Positions 9,271 to 18,043 are shown, counted from the first letter of the stretch. The stretch is DNA of 64,000 nt from an uncultured Spirochaetales bacterium (GCA_964506755.1 CAZDMH010000003.1:166596-230595); one strand, 5' to 3'. Numbers and translations are program-made. Notes: generated from the sequence alone by a model not told the origin.

Positions 9271-10344
9271 TCATCGTTCCGCCCGTGCGTCCATGTTTCG
9301 TCCCGCCGCAGCGGTGACCGTGGAGCCGCGGACGATAAGCTCCGGCTCGAGAATGACCCGGCGGCTGTGTCCGTTCTGCTTTGCCCTCTCTCCATTCGTA
9401 CCGGAAGCGACCGACGTCGTTATCTGGTCGATGAGGATCTGGGCTGCGAGCTTACCCATCTCATATTTCGGCTGATAGACGGTGGAAAGCTGGATATCCC
9501 GAAATGAAGCGAACGGGATATCATCGAACCCGACAACCGCCACGTCGCCCGGGACCTCGAGGCCGGCGTCTCGTACTCCCTGCATGACGCCGAGCGCGAT
9601 AAGATCGTTCTCGGCGAACACGGCCCTCGGAAAGTCACCCGATTCGATCATGTCGCGAATGACCCGATAGCCGGTTTCCTGTCGAAAGTGGCCGAGATGC
9701 AGGAAGTGCTCGTCGACCTCCATACCGCTGCGCACGAATGCCATACGATAGCCCTCGAGACGCTCGTCTACCGTCAATGAGTCCTCGACGGCGCCGATGA
9801 AGCCGATCTTGTCGAAACCTGCGTCAATCAGGTGTTTCGTGGCGAGGAAGCCGCCTCGTATGTTGTCGATCTCCACGTAGCTGTGCTCGGTGTTGCGAGG
9901 AACGTTGCTGACGTAGACGACGCTGATATCGTCGGGAAGCTCCCTCTCTGCCTCTTCCGCTGAGTTGGAGATCGGCGCGAGAATAAGCCCGTCGACCCGT
10001 CTCTCTGAAAGAAGCCTGATGTACTCCGTCTCTCGATGCCGCTCCCAGTTTGTGTTGCAGAGAAAGACGCTGTAGCCCTGTTCCTGGGCACCCTCTTCGA
10101 CACCCCGGGCTACCTCCGGAAAGAAGGGATTCGTGATGTCCGGAAGAATCAGGCCGATGGTGAATGTCTGGCGCGTGACGAGGCCCCGGGCGATGGCGTT
10201 GGGGGTGTAGTTGAGTCGTTTCGCGATCGTGAGAATTCTCTCCTGCGTGGAGGGATGAACCCCGTACTTGTTGTTCAAGGCTCGGGAAACTGTCGCGTAG
10301 GATACGTTCGCCTCGCGCGCTATGTCCTTGATCGTCGTCGTCAC
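9271..10344 (-). CDS. LacI-family transcriptional regulator
   Basis: N-terminal HTH (TIKDIAREANVSYATVSRALNN) plus periplasmic-binding-protein-like sugar-binding domain, 357 aa. GTG start. Confidence 0.85.
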   Translation of the reverse strand: MTTTIKDIAREANVSYATVSRALNNKYGVHPSTQERILTIAKRLNYTPNAIARGLVTRQTFTIGLILPDITNPFFPEVARGVEEGAQEQGYSVFLCNTNWERHRETEYIRLLSERRVDGLILAPISNSAEEAERELPDDISVVYVSNVPRNTEHSYVEIDNIRGGFLATKHLIDAGFDKIGFIGAVEDSLTVDERLEGYRMAFVRSGMEVDEHFLHLGHFRQETGYRVIRDMIESGDFPRAVFAENDLIALGVMQGVRDAGLEVPGDVAVVGFDDIPFASFRDIQLSTVYQPKYEMGKLAAQILIDQITTSVASGTNGERAKQNGHSRRVILEPELIVRGSTVTAAAGRNMDARAER

Positions 10345-10357
10345 GGTCCAGATTTTA

Positions 10358-10378
10358 GCAAACGTTTACGAAAATTGC
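10358..10378. promoter_or_regulatory. Operator-like motif GCAAACGTTTACGAAAATTGC immediately upstream of the LacI regulator start
   Basis: 17 of 21 positions identical to the site at 9239-9259. Core AAACGTTT. Sits 14-35 nt upstream of the GTG of the LacI gene, consistent with autoregulation. Confidence 0.45.
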
Positions 10379-10451
10379 AAGCCAATTCTCTGCAAACGCA
10401 GGAACTTCCGCGTCCACAATCTCGAGCGAACGAAAAGCGCGATTCTCCTGC

Positions 10452-10466
10452 GTGCACTCGTGCAAC
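10452..10466. promoter_or_regulatory. GTGCAC-TC-GTGCAA repeat (degenerate copy of the GTGCACGTGCAC motif)
   Basis: Sequence GTGCACTCGTGCAAC in the divergent intergenic region between the two LacI genes. Confidence 0.3.
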
Positions 10467-10535
10467 AGAGGTCGGCGCGGAAAATTTGCATTCGTGACAG
10501 AAATACCTACAATTAAGGTTATCACGGCGGTATCG

Positions 10536-10557
10536 AAGCGGCCTCGGCGAGGCCGCT
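10536..10557. other. Perfect GC-rich hairpin AAGCGGCCTCGGCGAGGCCGCTT in divergent intergenic region
   Basis: 10-bp inverted repeat AGCGGCCTCG/CGAGGCCGCT with 1-nt spacer, followed by TTTCC. Terminator-like or protein-binding palindrome. Confidence 0.35.
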
Positions 10558-10595
10558 TTCCGCAAGAGGAGCGACGGGTTCTTCTTTACGAGTTG

Positions 10596-10612
10596 CCGTG
10601 CACGTGCACGAC
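10596..10612. promoter_or_regulatory. Palindromic site CCGTGCACGTGCACGAC (tandem GTGCAC, 14-bp perfect palindrome core)
   Basis: CGTGCACGTGCACG is self-complementary with a central CG. 80-100 nt upstream of the second LacI-type regulator gene. Confidence 0.4.
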
Positions 10613-10632
10613 TGCTCGTTTTGATCCTCATC

Positions 10633-10658
10633 TGACCCGTGCACGTGCACAGGTCAGA
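10633..10658. promoter_or_regulatory. Extended palindromic site TCTGACCCGTGCACGTGCACAGGTCAGA (second copy of GTGCACGTGCAC with flanking TGACC/GGTCA arms)
   Basis: 26 of 28 positions self-complementary. Centre about 42 bp from the site at 10596-10612. 35-60 nt upstream of the ATG at 10694. Confidence 0.4.
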
Positions 10659-10693
10659 GAGGTTGTCGGCAGGACGAGGACGACGGCTATTCG

Positions 10694-11737
10694 ATGGCAA
10701 AAGTGAGGACGACGCAGAAAGATATCGCGACGGCGCTCGGCGTTTCTCGCGGGACTGTGGACCGTGCGTTGCACGATCGGCCCGGCGTCAACAGCGAAAT
10801 CAAGAAGCGAGTTCTCCTCTATGCACACGAACATGGGTATTCCCCCAACAAGCTCGCGCAGTTCCTGGTAACGGGGCGACAACTCTTTTTTGCGATGATA
10901 ACCCCTGGAGATCCTCTGTGGATCAAAGTCAGAGAGGGTGCCGACTCGTTCCTATCGGAGATCGGATCATGGCTGGTGGGGATTAAGTGGTACCAAACTG
11001 AGGTCCACGATCCCGAACGAGAGACGGAGTTTCTCCTCGATGCGCTGAAGCGCGGGGTGAACGGTATCGGTGTGGTACCGTCCGACCCAGATTTGCTGAC
11101 ACCTCTCATCGACCGCGCCGTCGAGAGCGGAGTCCCCGTCGTAACGATAAATACCGATGCACCTCGCAGCAGGCGGTACTTCTTCATCGGCCAGGACCCG
11201 GAAACGGCCGGGAACGTCGCTGCGGATCTCCTCTGCAATTTCCTCGGCGGCCGGGGGAAAGTCGCGGTCATTACCGCGTTTCATAACGTCCTCGTGCATC
11301 GGTTGAGACGCCAGTCGTTCGAACGGCATGCCGCGCAGTCGTTTCCCGACGTGGAGATAGTCGGGTTGTTCGAATCTCACGACTCCGGCACGCAAGCGTA
11401 CGAAATCACCAGAACGGTTCTCAGCGATCATCCTGATTTGCAGGGCATCTACCTGACGACAGGCGCAGGGGTAACAGGCGTCGGGAGGGCGCTCAAAGCG
11501 GAAGGGAAGTCCGGGTCAATCCGCGTTGTGTGCTATGACTTCTTCAGCGATACCGTCGAGCTGTTGAAGGACGGAACGATCACAGCCTCAATAGGCGAGG
11601 ATCCATACGGGCAGGGATACCAATCGGTCAAGGCGCTCTACGGATGCGTCGTCGACAAGCCGCCGACAGACAACTCCGTCCTTTTCACTCGATTGGATAT
11701 CGGGCTTCGATCGAACATCGACCTTCTCGTCACGTGA
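10694..11737 (+). CDS. LacI-family transcriptional regulator (second copy)
   Basis: HTH KDIATALGVSRGTVDRALHDR plus periplasmic-binding-protein-like domain, 347 aa. Confidence 0.8.
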   Translation: MAKVRTTQKDIATALGVSRGTVDRALHDRPGVNSEIKKRVLLYAHEHGYSPNKLAQFLVTGRQLFFAMITPGDPLWIKVREGADSFLSEIGSWLVGIKWYQTEVHDPERETEFLLDALKRGVNGIGVVPSDPDLLTPLIDRAVESGVPVVTINTDAPRSRRYFFIGQDPETAGNVAADLLCNFLGGRGKVAVITAFHNVLVHRLRRQSFERHAAQSFPDVEIVGLFESHDSGTQAYEITRTVLSDHPDLQGIYLTTGAGVTGVGRALKAEGKSGSIRVVCYDFFSDTVELLKDGTITASIGEDPYGQGYQSVKALYGCVVDKPPTDNSVLFTRLDIGLRSNIDLLVT

Positions 11738-11957
11738 GCCCGCCACTCGGGGCTCAGTCATGGGCAGGCCATTGCTCCGGCCGTGAATATGGGCCGGAAG
11801 GGAGGTGTTGCCGAAACAGAGATCGACTAGTGTGTCTCCAAGACCGAGACTTCTGAACAATTGAGCTGCCGCGGGGACACGGACAGGAGCGCGCGGAATG
11901 CCGACGTTCAGCCGGCGGTATCCGCAGAATATGACTCAGATGGTTCAGGAGGAAAAA

Positions 11958-13286
11958 ATGAGAAGAATCGTTCAAACGGCAGCCGTCCTCGCCTTCGGGG
12001 CGGTAATCACTCTCTCGGTATTTGCAGGAGGTTCCCCCGAGAAGCCCAAGTCAGGCAATGAGGTGGCTCAGACAGGAACCGGCAAGATTGTCCTGGCAAC
12101 CAACAACGCTCCCGAGGGAAAGGGAGCGGCAGAGGCGCTCAAGCAATATGCCGCCATGAAAGGAATTAAGTTCGAAGTCGTCGAGGCCCCCTACAACAAT
12201 CTCTACGAGAAAGAGGTCCTTGACCTCTCACAACGGTCGGGGCTCTACGACGTGATCATGCTCGACGATCCCTGGTTCACGCAGTTCGCCGAGAGCAAGT
12301 GGCTTTCCAACCTGACGCCCTACTTCACGGCCATCAACGAGGGTGGTCTCTCCTCCGACTTTATCGACAAGTCCACTGCAATCTGCAAGTACCCGTACGC
12401 GACCGGCCTCATCTACGCATTCCCCGCGGTCGGAAATGCTCAGATGTTCTTCTATCGCAAAGACCTCTTCGCACAGTACGGTTTCAACAGCGCTCCCAAG
12501 ACTTGGGATGACGCCTACTCCGTCATGAAGAAGATCAGTGACAGTGGAACGGGAGTCTACGGCTATGTCCTGCGCGGCCAGCAGGGCAATCCTGTCGTTG
12601 CCCAGTTCATGCCGATCTTCTGGAGCTTCGGTGGACGCATGTTCTCCAGCGATTTCAGCAAGGTCACCATAGACACACCGCAGGCCCTGAACGCCCTGAA
12701 CTTCTTCATCAAGCTCAGAGACGTTTCGCCACCGGGAGCCGCGAGCTTCAACGCCCAGCAGCTTGCCACCTACATGCTCCAGGGACAGGCGGCCTCGACG
12801 ATCAACTGGCCGGCATTCGTGTCGACCTTCGAGGATCCCACTCAGTCGAAAGTGGTCGGCAAGATTGGGTATGGGCCGATACCATCGGCCGCGACAGTCG
12901 GTTCGTCCGAGATCGGGCACTGGCTCGCGGCAATTCCCGCTGATTCGAAGAACAAGCAGCAAGCCTTCGACTTCGTGCATTGGATGACTTCCCAGGAGAC
13001 ACAGAAGAAGCTCGTAGAGCAGTTCGGCACCCCGCCGACCCGCAAGTCGATCTTCACCGATCCGTCGTTGCTCGCACAGCCCAAGTACTCCTACTTCCCT
13101 GTTCTCATGCAGGCGATTGAGAACTCGACCCCGCGGCCGCGAATCGCAAACTGGAACCAGGTGGAGAACACGTTCGGCATCTACCTGTCGAAGGCGGTTG
13201 CAGGCGACATGTCTTCGAAAGATGCGCTTTCTTCAGCACAGAACGATGTTACGTCCCTCATGAAGAAGGCCGGTTACGTCAAATAG
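11958..13286 (+). CDS. ABC transporter extracellular solute-binding protein (family 1, sugar/polyol)
   Basis: Signal peptide MRRIVQTAAVLAFGAVITLSVFAG. SD AGGAGG before ATG 11958 (track start 11898 is an upstream extension). About 440 aa, typical carbohydrate SBP. Confidence 0.85.
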   Translation: MRRIVQTAAVLAFGAVITLSVFAGGSPEKPKSGNEVAQTGTGKIVLATNNAPEGKGAAEALKQYAAMKGIKFEVVEAPYNNLYEKEVLDLSQRSGLYDVIMLDDPWFTQFAESKWLSNLTPYFTAINEGGLSSDFIDKSTAICKYPYATGLIYAFPAVGNAQMFFYRKDLFAQYGFNSAPKTWDDAYSVMKKISDSGTGVYGYVLRGQQGNPVVAQFMPIFWSFGGRMFSSDFSKVTIDTPQALNALNFFIKLRDVSPPGAASFNAQQLATYMLQGQAASTINWPAFVSTFEDPTQSKVVGKIGYGPIPSAATVGSSEIGHWLAAIPADSKNKQQAFDFVHWMTSQETQKKLVEQFGTPPTRKSIFTDPSLLAQPKYSYFPVLMQAIENSTPRPRIANWNQVENTFGIYLSKAVAGDMSSKDALSSAQNDVTSLMKKAGYVK

Positions 13287-13354
13287 TGCAGCGTCAATTC
13301 GGAGCGGACGGACAAGACCGTCCGCTCCTGTTCGTCTTTCTACAAGGATGGACT

Positions 13355-14248
13355 ATGAATATAAAGCGATTGGCTACATGGGGTGACAGGAATCTCAAGT
13401 ATCTCCTGCTCGCCCCGACCATAGTTCTTTTGTTGGTGCTGACCGTCTACCCACTCTTCTTTGCGATTATTGCGAGCTTCGAGACCTTCAACATACGAAC
13501 CGCGACATATTCCTTCGGTGGAGTATCGAACTTCGTCAACATGTTTACCGACCCCTTTTTCTGGAACGCGATGAAGAACACCGGGATCTATACCGGAGTC
13601 GCGGTGGTCGTCGAGTTTGGTCTCGGGCTGGCGCTTGCGCTCGTCCTCAATGAACGCTTCGCTGGGAGGGACGTATTTCGGTCTTTGATGCTCGCACCGA
13701 TGATGCTGCCCCCCATTGTCGTTGCGGTAATTTTCAAGATCGTATTCATGCAGAACTTCGGCATTTCGAACTGGTTGCTCGGCCTCATCGGTATCCACGG
13801 CATGTTGTGGGAATCGGCTTCGCGCACGGCGCTATTTTCACTCATCATCGTCGATATTTGGGAATGGACGCCCTTCATGTTTCTCATTCTCCTTGCAGGC
13901 CTGCAAGCACTGCCTTCAGATCCCTATGAGGCAGCCATCGTCGATGGGGCGGGTCCATTCCAGGTATTCAGGCACATCACCTTTCCCCTTCTCACGCCGT
14001 CGATTCTAATCGCTCTGCTCCTGCGCCTCATGGATACCCTGAGAATCTTCGACCTCATATTCGTCATGACCGGGGGCGGGCCCGCGAACGCCACGGAGAC
14101 GATGAGTCTCTATGTCTACCAGACCGCGTTCCGGTTCTCGAACGTCGGCTCCGCGACCGCCATGTCTTTTGTGCTGCTCATAATCACCGTTGCTATTGGC
14201 AACTTCTTCGTAAGCCGCCTGCGTGCGGAGGAGGTGTTCACCCAATGA
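13355..14248 (+). CDS. ABC sugar transporter permease (MalF/UgpA-like)
   Basis: Six TM helices plus EAA-loop region (EAAIVDGAG). SD AAGGA before ATG 13355. Confidence 0.85.
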   Translation: MNIKRLATWGDRNLKYLLLAPTIVLLLVLTVYPLFFAIIASFETFNIRTATYSFGGVSNFVNMFTDPFFWNAMKNTGIYTGVAVVVEFGLGLALALVLNERFAGRDVFRSLMLAPMMLPPIVVAVIFKIVFMQNFGISNWLLGLIGIHGMLWESASRTALFSLIIVDIWEWTPFMFLILLAGLQALPSDPYEAAIVDGAGPFQVFRHITFPLLTPSILIALLLRLMDTLRIFDLIFVMTGGGPANATETMSLYVYQTAFRFSNVGSATAMSFVLLIITVAIGNFFVSRLRAEEVFTQ

Positions 14249-15066
14249 CAGGGAAGATCCTACGTTATGTGTTCCTGATTCTGGTGATGATCGTCGTAGT
14301 TTTCCCGATCATCTGGTTGATAAGCACATCGATCAAGAATGATGTCGACATCTTCGCGATGCCACCGATACTCGTTCCATCACATCCCACGGGAAAAAGC
14401 TATGTCGGGCTCGTCGACAACGGTCTGTTTGCCTATCTGCTCAACAGCTCGATCGTGGCAGTCGCTACCTGTTTGGTTTCGATCGTCATTGGAACCCTGG
14501 CTGCCTATTCGCTCGCGCGCTTCAAGCTGCCGGGAACCTGGACATCTCGAATTTCGTTCTGGGTGCTCTCGACGAGAATGTTCCCTCCGATCGTGACGAT
14601 AATACCCCTCTTTCAGATGCTTCGCGTGATGGGGCTGGTGAATACCCGGTTGGGATTGGTCATTACGTACACGGCGTTCAATCTGCCATTCGTCGTATGG
14701 ATGATGCGCGGCTTCTTCGCAGAGATTCCGAGGGACATCGAAGAGGTGGCCATGGTGGAGGGCTGCACCCGTATGGGAGCGTTTCTCCGAACTTCGTTGC
14801 CGCTTGCCGTCCCCGGTCTCGCGGCCACGGCGATCTTCACGTTGATTCTCTCATGGAACGAGTTTCTCTTTGCGCTCATAGTGACTCAGACCACGCAATC
14901 TGCTACGTTGCCGATCCTCGTCGCCTCTCGGGTAGGCCAGTATCAGATTCTGTGGGGCCAAATGAGTGCCGCGGGGGTAATCGCCATGGCGCCGGTTCTC
15001 GCTTTCGCATTTGCCGTACAAAGATACCTCGTCCGTGGGATGTCCTTCGGAGCCGTCAAGGGTTAG
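14245..15066 (+). CDS. ABC sugar transporter permease (MalG/UgpE-like)
   Basis: TM-rich 273 aa. EAA-like motif EVAMVEGC. 4-bp overlap with the previous permease. SD GGAGGAGG. Confidence 0.85.
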   Translation: MTGKILRYVFLILVMIVVVFPIIWLISTSIKNDVDIFAMPPILVPSHPTGKSYVGLVDNGLFAYLLNSSIVAVATCLVSIVIGTLAAYSLARFKLPGTWTSRISFWVLSTRMFPPIVTIIPLFQMLRVMGLVNTRLGLVITYTAFNLPFVVWMMRGFFAEIPRDIEEVAMVEGCTRMGAFLRTSLPLAVPGLAATAIFTLILSWNEFLFALIVTQTTQSATLPILVASRVGQYQILWGQMSAAGVIAMAPVLAFAFAVQRYLVRGMSFGAVKG

Positions 15067-15080
15067 GCAAGAGGAACGCA

Positions 15081-16133
15081 ATGAAATCGAAAACCGCGTT
15101 TATGTACGGACCTCACGACCTCCGACTCGAAGAGGTTGAGCTGCCTGCCTTGATGCCGAATCAGGTTCTAGTGAAGCTGGGAGCGTGCGGCGTGTGCGGC
15201 TCGGACGTGGAGTGTCTCGAGGGTCGCTCGAAGGAAGGGCGCTACGATCTCGGTCCCTACACGCCCGGCCATGAATACGGGGGCGAGGTCGTCGAGGTGG
15301 GCAGGGAGGTCCGCACGATACGGCCCGGCTACAAGGTTACCGGGGATTGTGTAATGCAGTGCGGCGTGTGCAGAAATTGTCAGGACGGATTGATGCCTTC
15401 GGCCTGTCTAAACATGCGAGAGGCCGGCTTCAGGCCGGACTCTCCGGGCGGAATGGCGGAGTACATGGTTATCGAGGAGCAGTATCTTCATCGCGTTCCG
15501 GACGACTGGAGCTTCGAAGATGCGGGCTGGGTCGAGACCTTTTCGATCGGCTATTTCGGCATCTGGGGAAATAACGGCTACATCGACGCCTCGGACGCCG
15601 CCGTAATCATGGGTGCAGGACCGGTCGGCTTGTCGGCATGCATGGTGGTACGGAGCTCTGGCGCGAAAACCATAGTGGTAGATCCGGTTGGGTCGCGTCG
15701 GGAGCGGGCAGTGAGCTATGGTGCCGAACATGTGGTCGACCCCACTGAGCGTCTGGTCGAGCAGATCGAAGAGCTGACGGACGGTCGAATGGGAACGGTG
15801 GTTGTAGAATGCTCGGGAAACGATCGAGCGATAGCCTCATTGTTCGACATCGGCGGGCACAGCGCTCGGATTCGCCTCGTAGGACACTCCATTGGCAGAA
15901 CGATTCCAGTGGAGATCGGAAAGACGATCTGGCGGACTCTCTCGATAACCGGGGCCGGAGGCACCAAGAACTTCGCACAGCGAACCATTCGTTTTATGGA
16001 TCGCATTCGAGGAGACTTCGACTTCGCCGCGCTGAACACTCATCGCTTCCCACTCGAAGATATCGACAAGGCCTTCGAAGTGGCCACCCACGACAAAGAA
16101 AACGCTTTCAAAGTAATGCTCAACATGCAATGA
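15081..16133 (+). CDS. Zn-dependent alcohol dehydrogenase, sorbitol/L-iditol dehydrogenase-like (MDR)
   Basis: GACGVCGSDVE zinc-ADH signature, GAGPVGL NAD motif, 350 aa. ATG 15081 with SD AAGAGGAA (track ORF over-extended). Confidence 0.85.
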   Translation: MKSKTAFMYGPHDLRLEEVELPALMPNQVLVKLGACGVCGSDVECLEGRSKEGRYDLGPYTPGHEYGGEVVEVGREVRTIRPGYKVTGDCVMQCGVCRNCQDGLMPSACLNMREAGFRPDSPGGMAEYMVIEEQYLHRVPDDWSFEDAGWVETFSIGYFGIWGNNGYIDASDAAVIMGAGPVGLSACMVVRSSGAKTIVVDPVGSRRERAVSYGAEHVVDPTERLVEQIEELTDGRMGTVVVECSGNDRAIASLFDIGGHSARIRLVGHSIGRTIPVEIGKTIWRTLSITGAGGTKNFAQRTIRFMDRIRGDFDFAALNTHRFPLEDIDKAFEVATHDKENAFKVMLNMQ

Positions 16134-16145
16134 TAGGCTTTGGGC

Positions 16146-17177
16146 ATGGAGAAGGTAAGACTCGGAATAATAGGCCTCGGTCGATTGGGGCGGAGGCACG
16201 CTGAAAACATCCACTACCGGATCCCCAACGTTGAATTGACTGCCGTGTGCAGCGTAGTTCAGCAGGAGCTCACTTCGATCGCTGCGGAAATGCGGCCTCG
16301 CCTCGTTACGAGTGATTATCGAGAGCTTCTTCAGAGTGACTACGTGGACGGCATCGTCATCGCCTCCTCGTCGCAGCAGCACGCAGCGATGATCTGTGAT
16401 GCCGCGAGCGTCGGTCGGAGGTACGTGTATACCGAAAAACCGATCGGGATGACCATTTCAGAGATCAACGAGATCAAGCGAGCTGTCGGCGCCAATCGCG
16501 GAATGCACGTTCAAGTGGGCTACAACCGGCGATTCGACAAATCTCTGCGGAGGGCGAAGGAGCAGATCGACAAGGGCTTCATCGGCATGCCGATACAGGT
16601 CCGGATGATCAACCGCGATCCCGCCGCAATGGCGGATTTCATCATCAAGTTCAGCCCGACGAGCGGCGGTCTCGTGCTGGATATGCTAACGCACGACTAC
16701 GATTGTGCGCGGTGGCTCGTCGGATCGGAGGCGAAGACCGTCTACGGCCTCGGCGGCGTCTTCGTCTACGAGGGGCTGCGCGATGTAGGAGATATCGACA
16801 ACTGCTCTCTGCTGACGCAGTTCGAAAACGGCGTCATCGGTCAGATCGAAACGAGCCGCAGCTGCGCCTACGGATATCACGTCGAAACGGAGGTGTACGG
16901 GAGTGAAGGCTGCATTCGCATCGGGACCTCTCCGGCAAGAGACCGCGTCACCTACATGAACTCCGGCGGTACGTCGGTGAGGTCGGCCGACTGGTTTTTC
17001 GAGTACTGGGAGCCGACCTTTCTCGACGAGATGCAGCATTTTTGTGACAGCATTCGCGAACAAACGGCTCCCGTCGTAACACTCGAAGACGGGTACCGCG
17101 CCGTGGAGTGGGCGTGCGCCGCGACCGAGGCGGTAGCTGCACGGAAGGTGGTAGACCTGGAGGTGCGGTCGTGGTAG
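16146..17177 (+). CDS. Gfo/Idh/MocA-family NAD(P)-dependent oxidoreductase (inositol dehydrogenase paralogue-like)
   Basis: LGIIGLGRLGRRH Rossmann motif, EKP motif, 344 aa. Confidence 0.8.
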   Translation: MEKVRLGIIGLGRLGRRHAENIHYRIPNVELTAVCSVVQQELTSIAAEMRPRLVTSDYRELLQSDYVDGIVIASSSQQHAAMICDAASVGRRYVYTEKPIGMTISEINEIKRAVGANRGMHVQVGYNRRFDKSLRRAKEQIDKGFIGMPIQVRMINRDPAAMADFIIKFSPTSGGLVLDMLTHDYDCARWLVGSEAKTVYGLGGVFVYEGLRDVGDIDNCSLLTQFENGVIGQIETSRSCAYGYHVETEVYGSEGCIRIGTSPARDRVTYMNSGGTSVRSADWFFEYWEPTFLDEMQHFCDSIREQTAPVVTLEDGYRAVEWACAATEAVAARKVVDLEVRSW

Positions 17178-17188
17178 AGGGGAAGAAT

Positions 17189-17971
17189 ATGGGTGAGAGT
17201 CTGGCGGAGGGCAGGATTTGCGTCGTCACGGGCGCAACACAGGGTATCGGGCGCGCCGTAGCCCTCTACCTCGCGGAGTCGGGAGCGTCCGGGATTGTCA
17301 TTTGTGGACGCAGCAGCGAAAAGGGAGAAGAGGTGGCGCGAGCGATTGAAGCTGCCGGTTGCGAGTGTGAGTTCGTTCGAGCCGACCTCACCGTCGAGGC
17401 CGACTGCCGGCAGGTCGTTCGTCGCTGCGATGAACGGTTCGGCAGGCTCGACGGTCTGGTAAACGCCGCAGGGACAACCGAGCGCGGGGGGATCGAGGAT
17501 ACGACCGTCGGACAGTGGAACCGGATCTTCGCGCTCAATGTGACGGCACCCTTCATTCTCATTCAGGATGCGGTATCCCTCATGCGGCGTACGAAATCCC
17601 GCGGGAGCATAGTGAACATCATCAGCGATACCAGCCACGGGGGCCCGCCGTACCTCACGGCCTATTCGGCCTCCAAGGCGGCATTGGCAGCACTTACCAG
17701 AAATGTCGCCAATGCGGTGAGGTTCGACAGGATACGGGTCAACGGCCTCAATATCGGGTGGACCTTGACTCCGAACGAAGACCGCGTCCAGAAGGCTATG
17801 GGGAAAGGCGACGATTGGTTGAAGAAGGCCGAGTCGCAGCAACCCTTCGGCCGGATTTTGAGACCCGAAGATACCGCATACCTCGTCGCGCACCTCCTCA
17901 GTGATCGCGCAGAAATGATGACCGGCTCGGTGATCGATTTCAACCAGGTCGTGATCGGTACCTGGGAGTAG
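17189..17971 (+). CDS. Short-chain dehydrogenase/reductase (SDR)
   Basis: TGATQGIGRA glycine-rich NAD motif and YSASKAA catalytic motif. SD GAGGGGAAG before ATG 17189. Confidence 0.8.
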   Translation: MGESLAEGRICVVTGATQGIGRAVALYLAESGASGIVICGRSSEKGEEVARAIEAAGCECEFVRADLTVEADCRQVVRRCDERFGRLDGLVNAAGTTERGGIEDTTVGQWNRIFALNVTAPFILIQDAVSLMRRTKSRGSIVNIISDTSHGGPPYLTAYSASKAALAALTRNVANAVRFDRIRVNGLNIGWTLTPNEDRVQKAMGKGDDWLKKAESQQPFGRILRPEDTAYLVAHLLSDRAEMMTGSVIDFNQVVIGTWE

Positions 17972-18014
17972 CCGATTCTCGAACGATGCCTGAATCTTCA
18001 CCTAATTCCTTACG

Positions 18015-18043
18015 TTGACAGTAATGTTAGTGACAACTATACT
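18015..18043 (+). promoter_or_regulatory. Near-consensus sigma70 promoter (TTGACA-17-TATACT) upstream of the surface lipoprotein cluster
   Basis: TTGACA at 18015-18020, 17-nt spacer, TATACT at 18038-18043. Confidence 0.5.

Noticed and set aside
16952-18001. 349-aa minus-strand ORF
   Set aside because: Antisense to the well-supported SDR and Gfo/Idh/MocA genes. No recognisable motifs. Shadow ORF.
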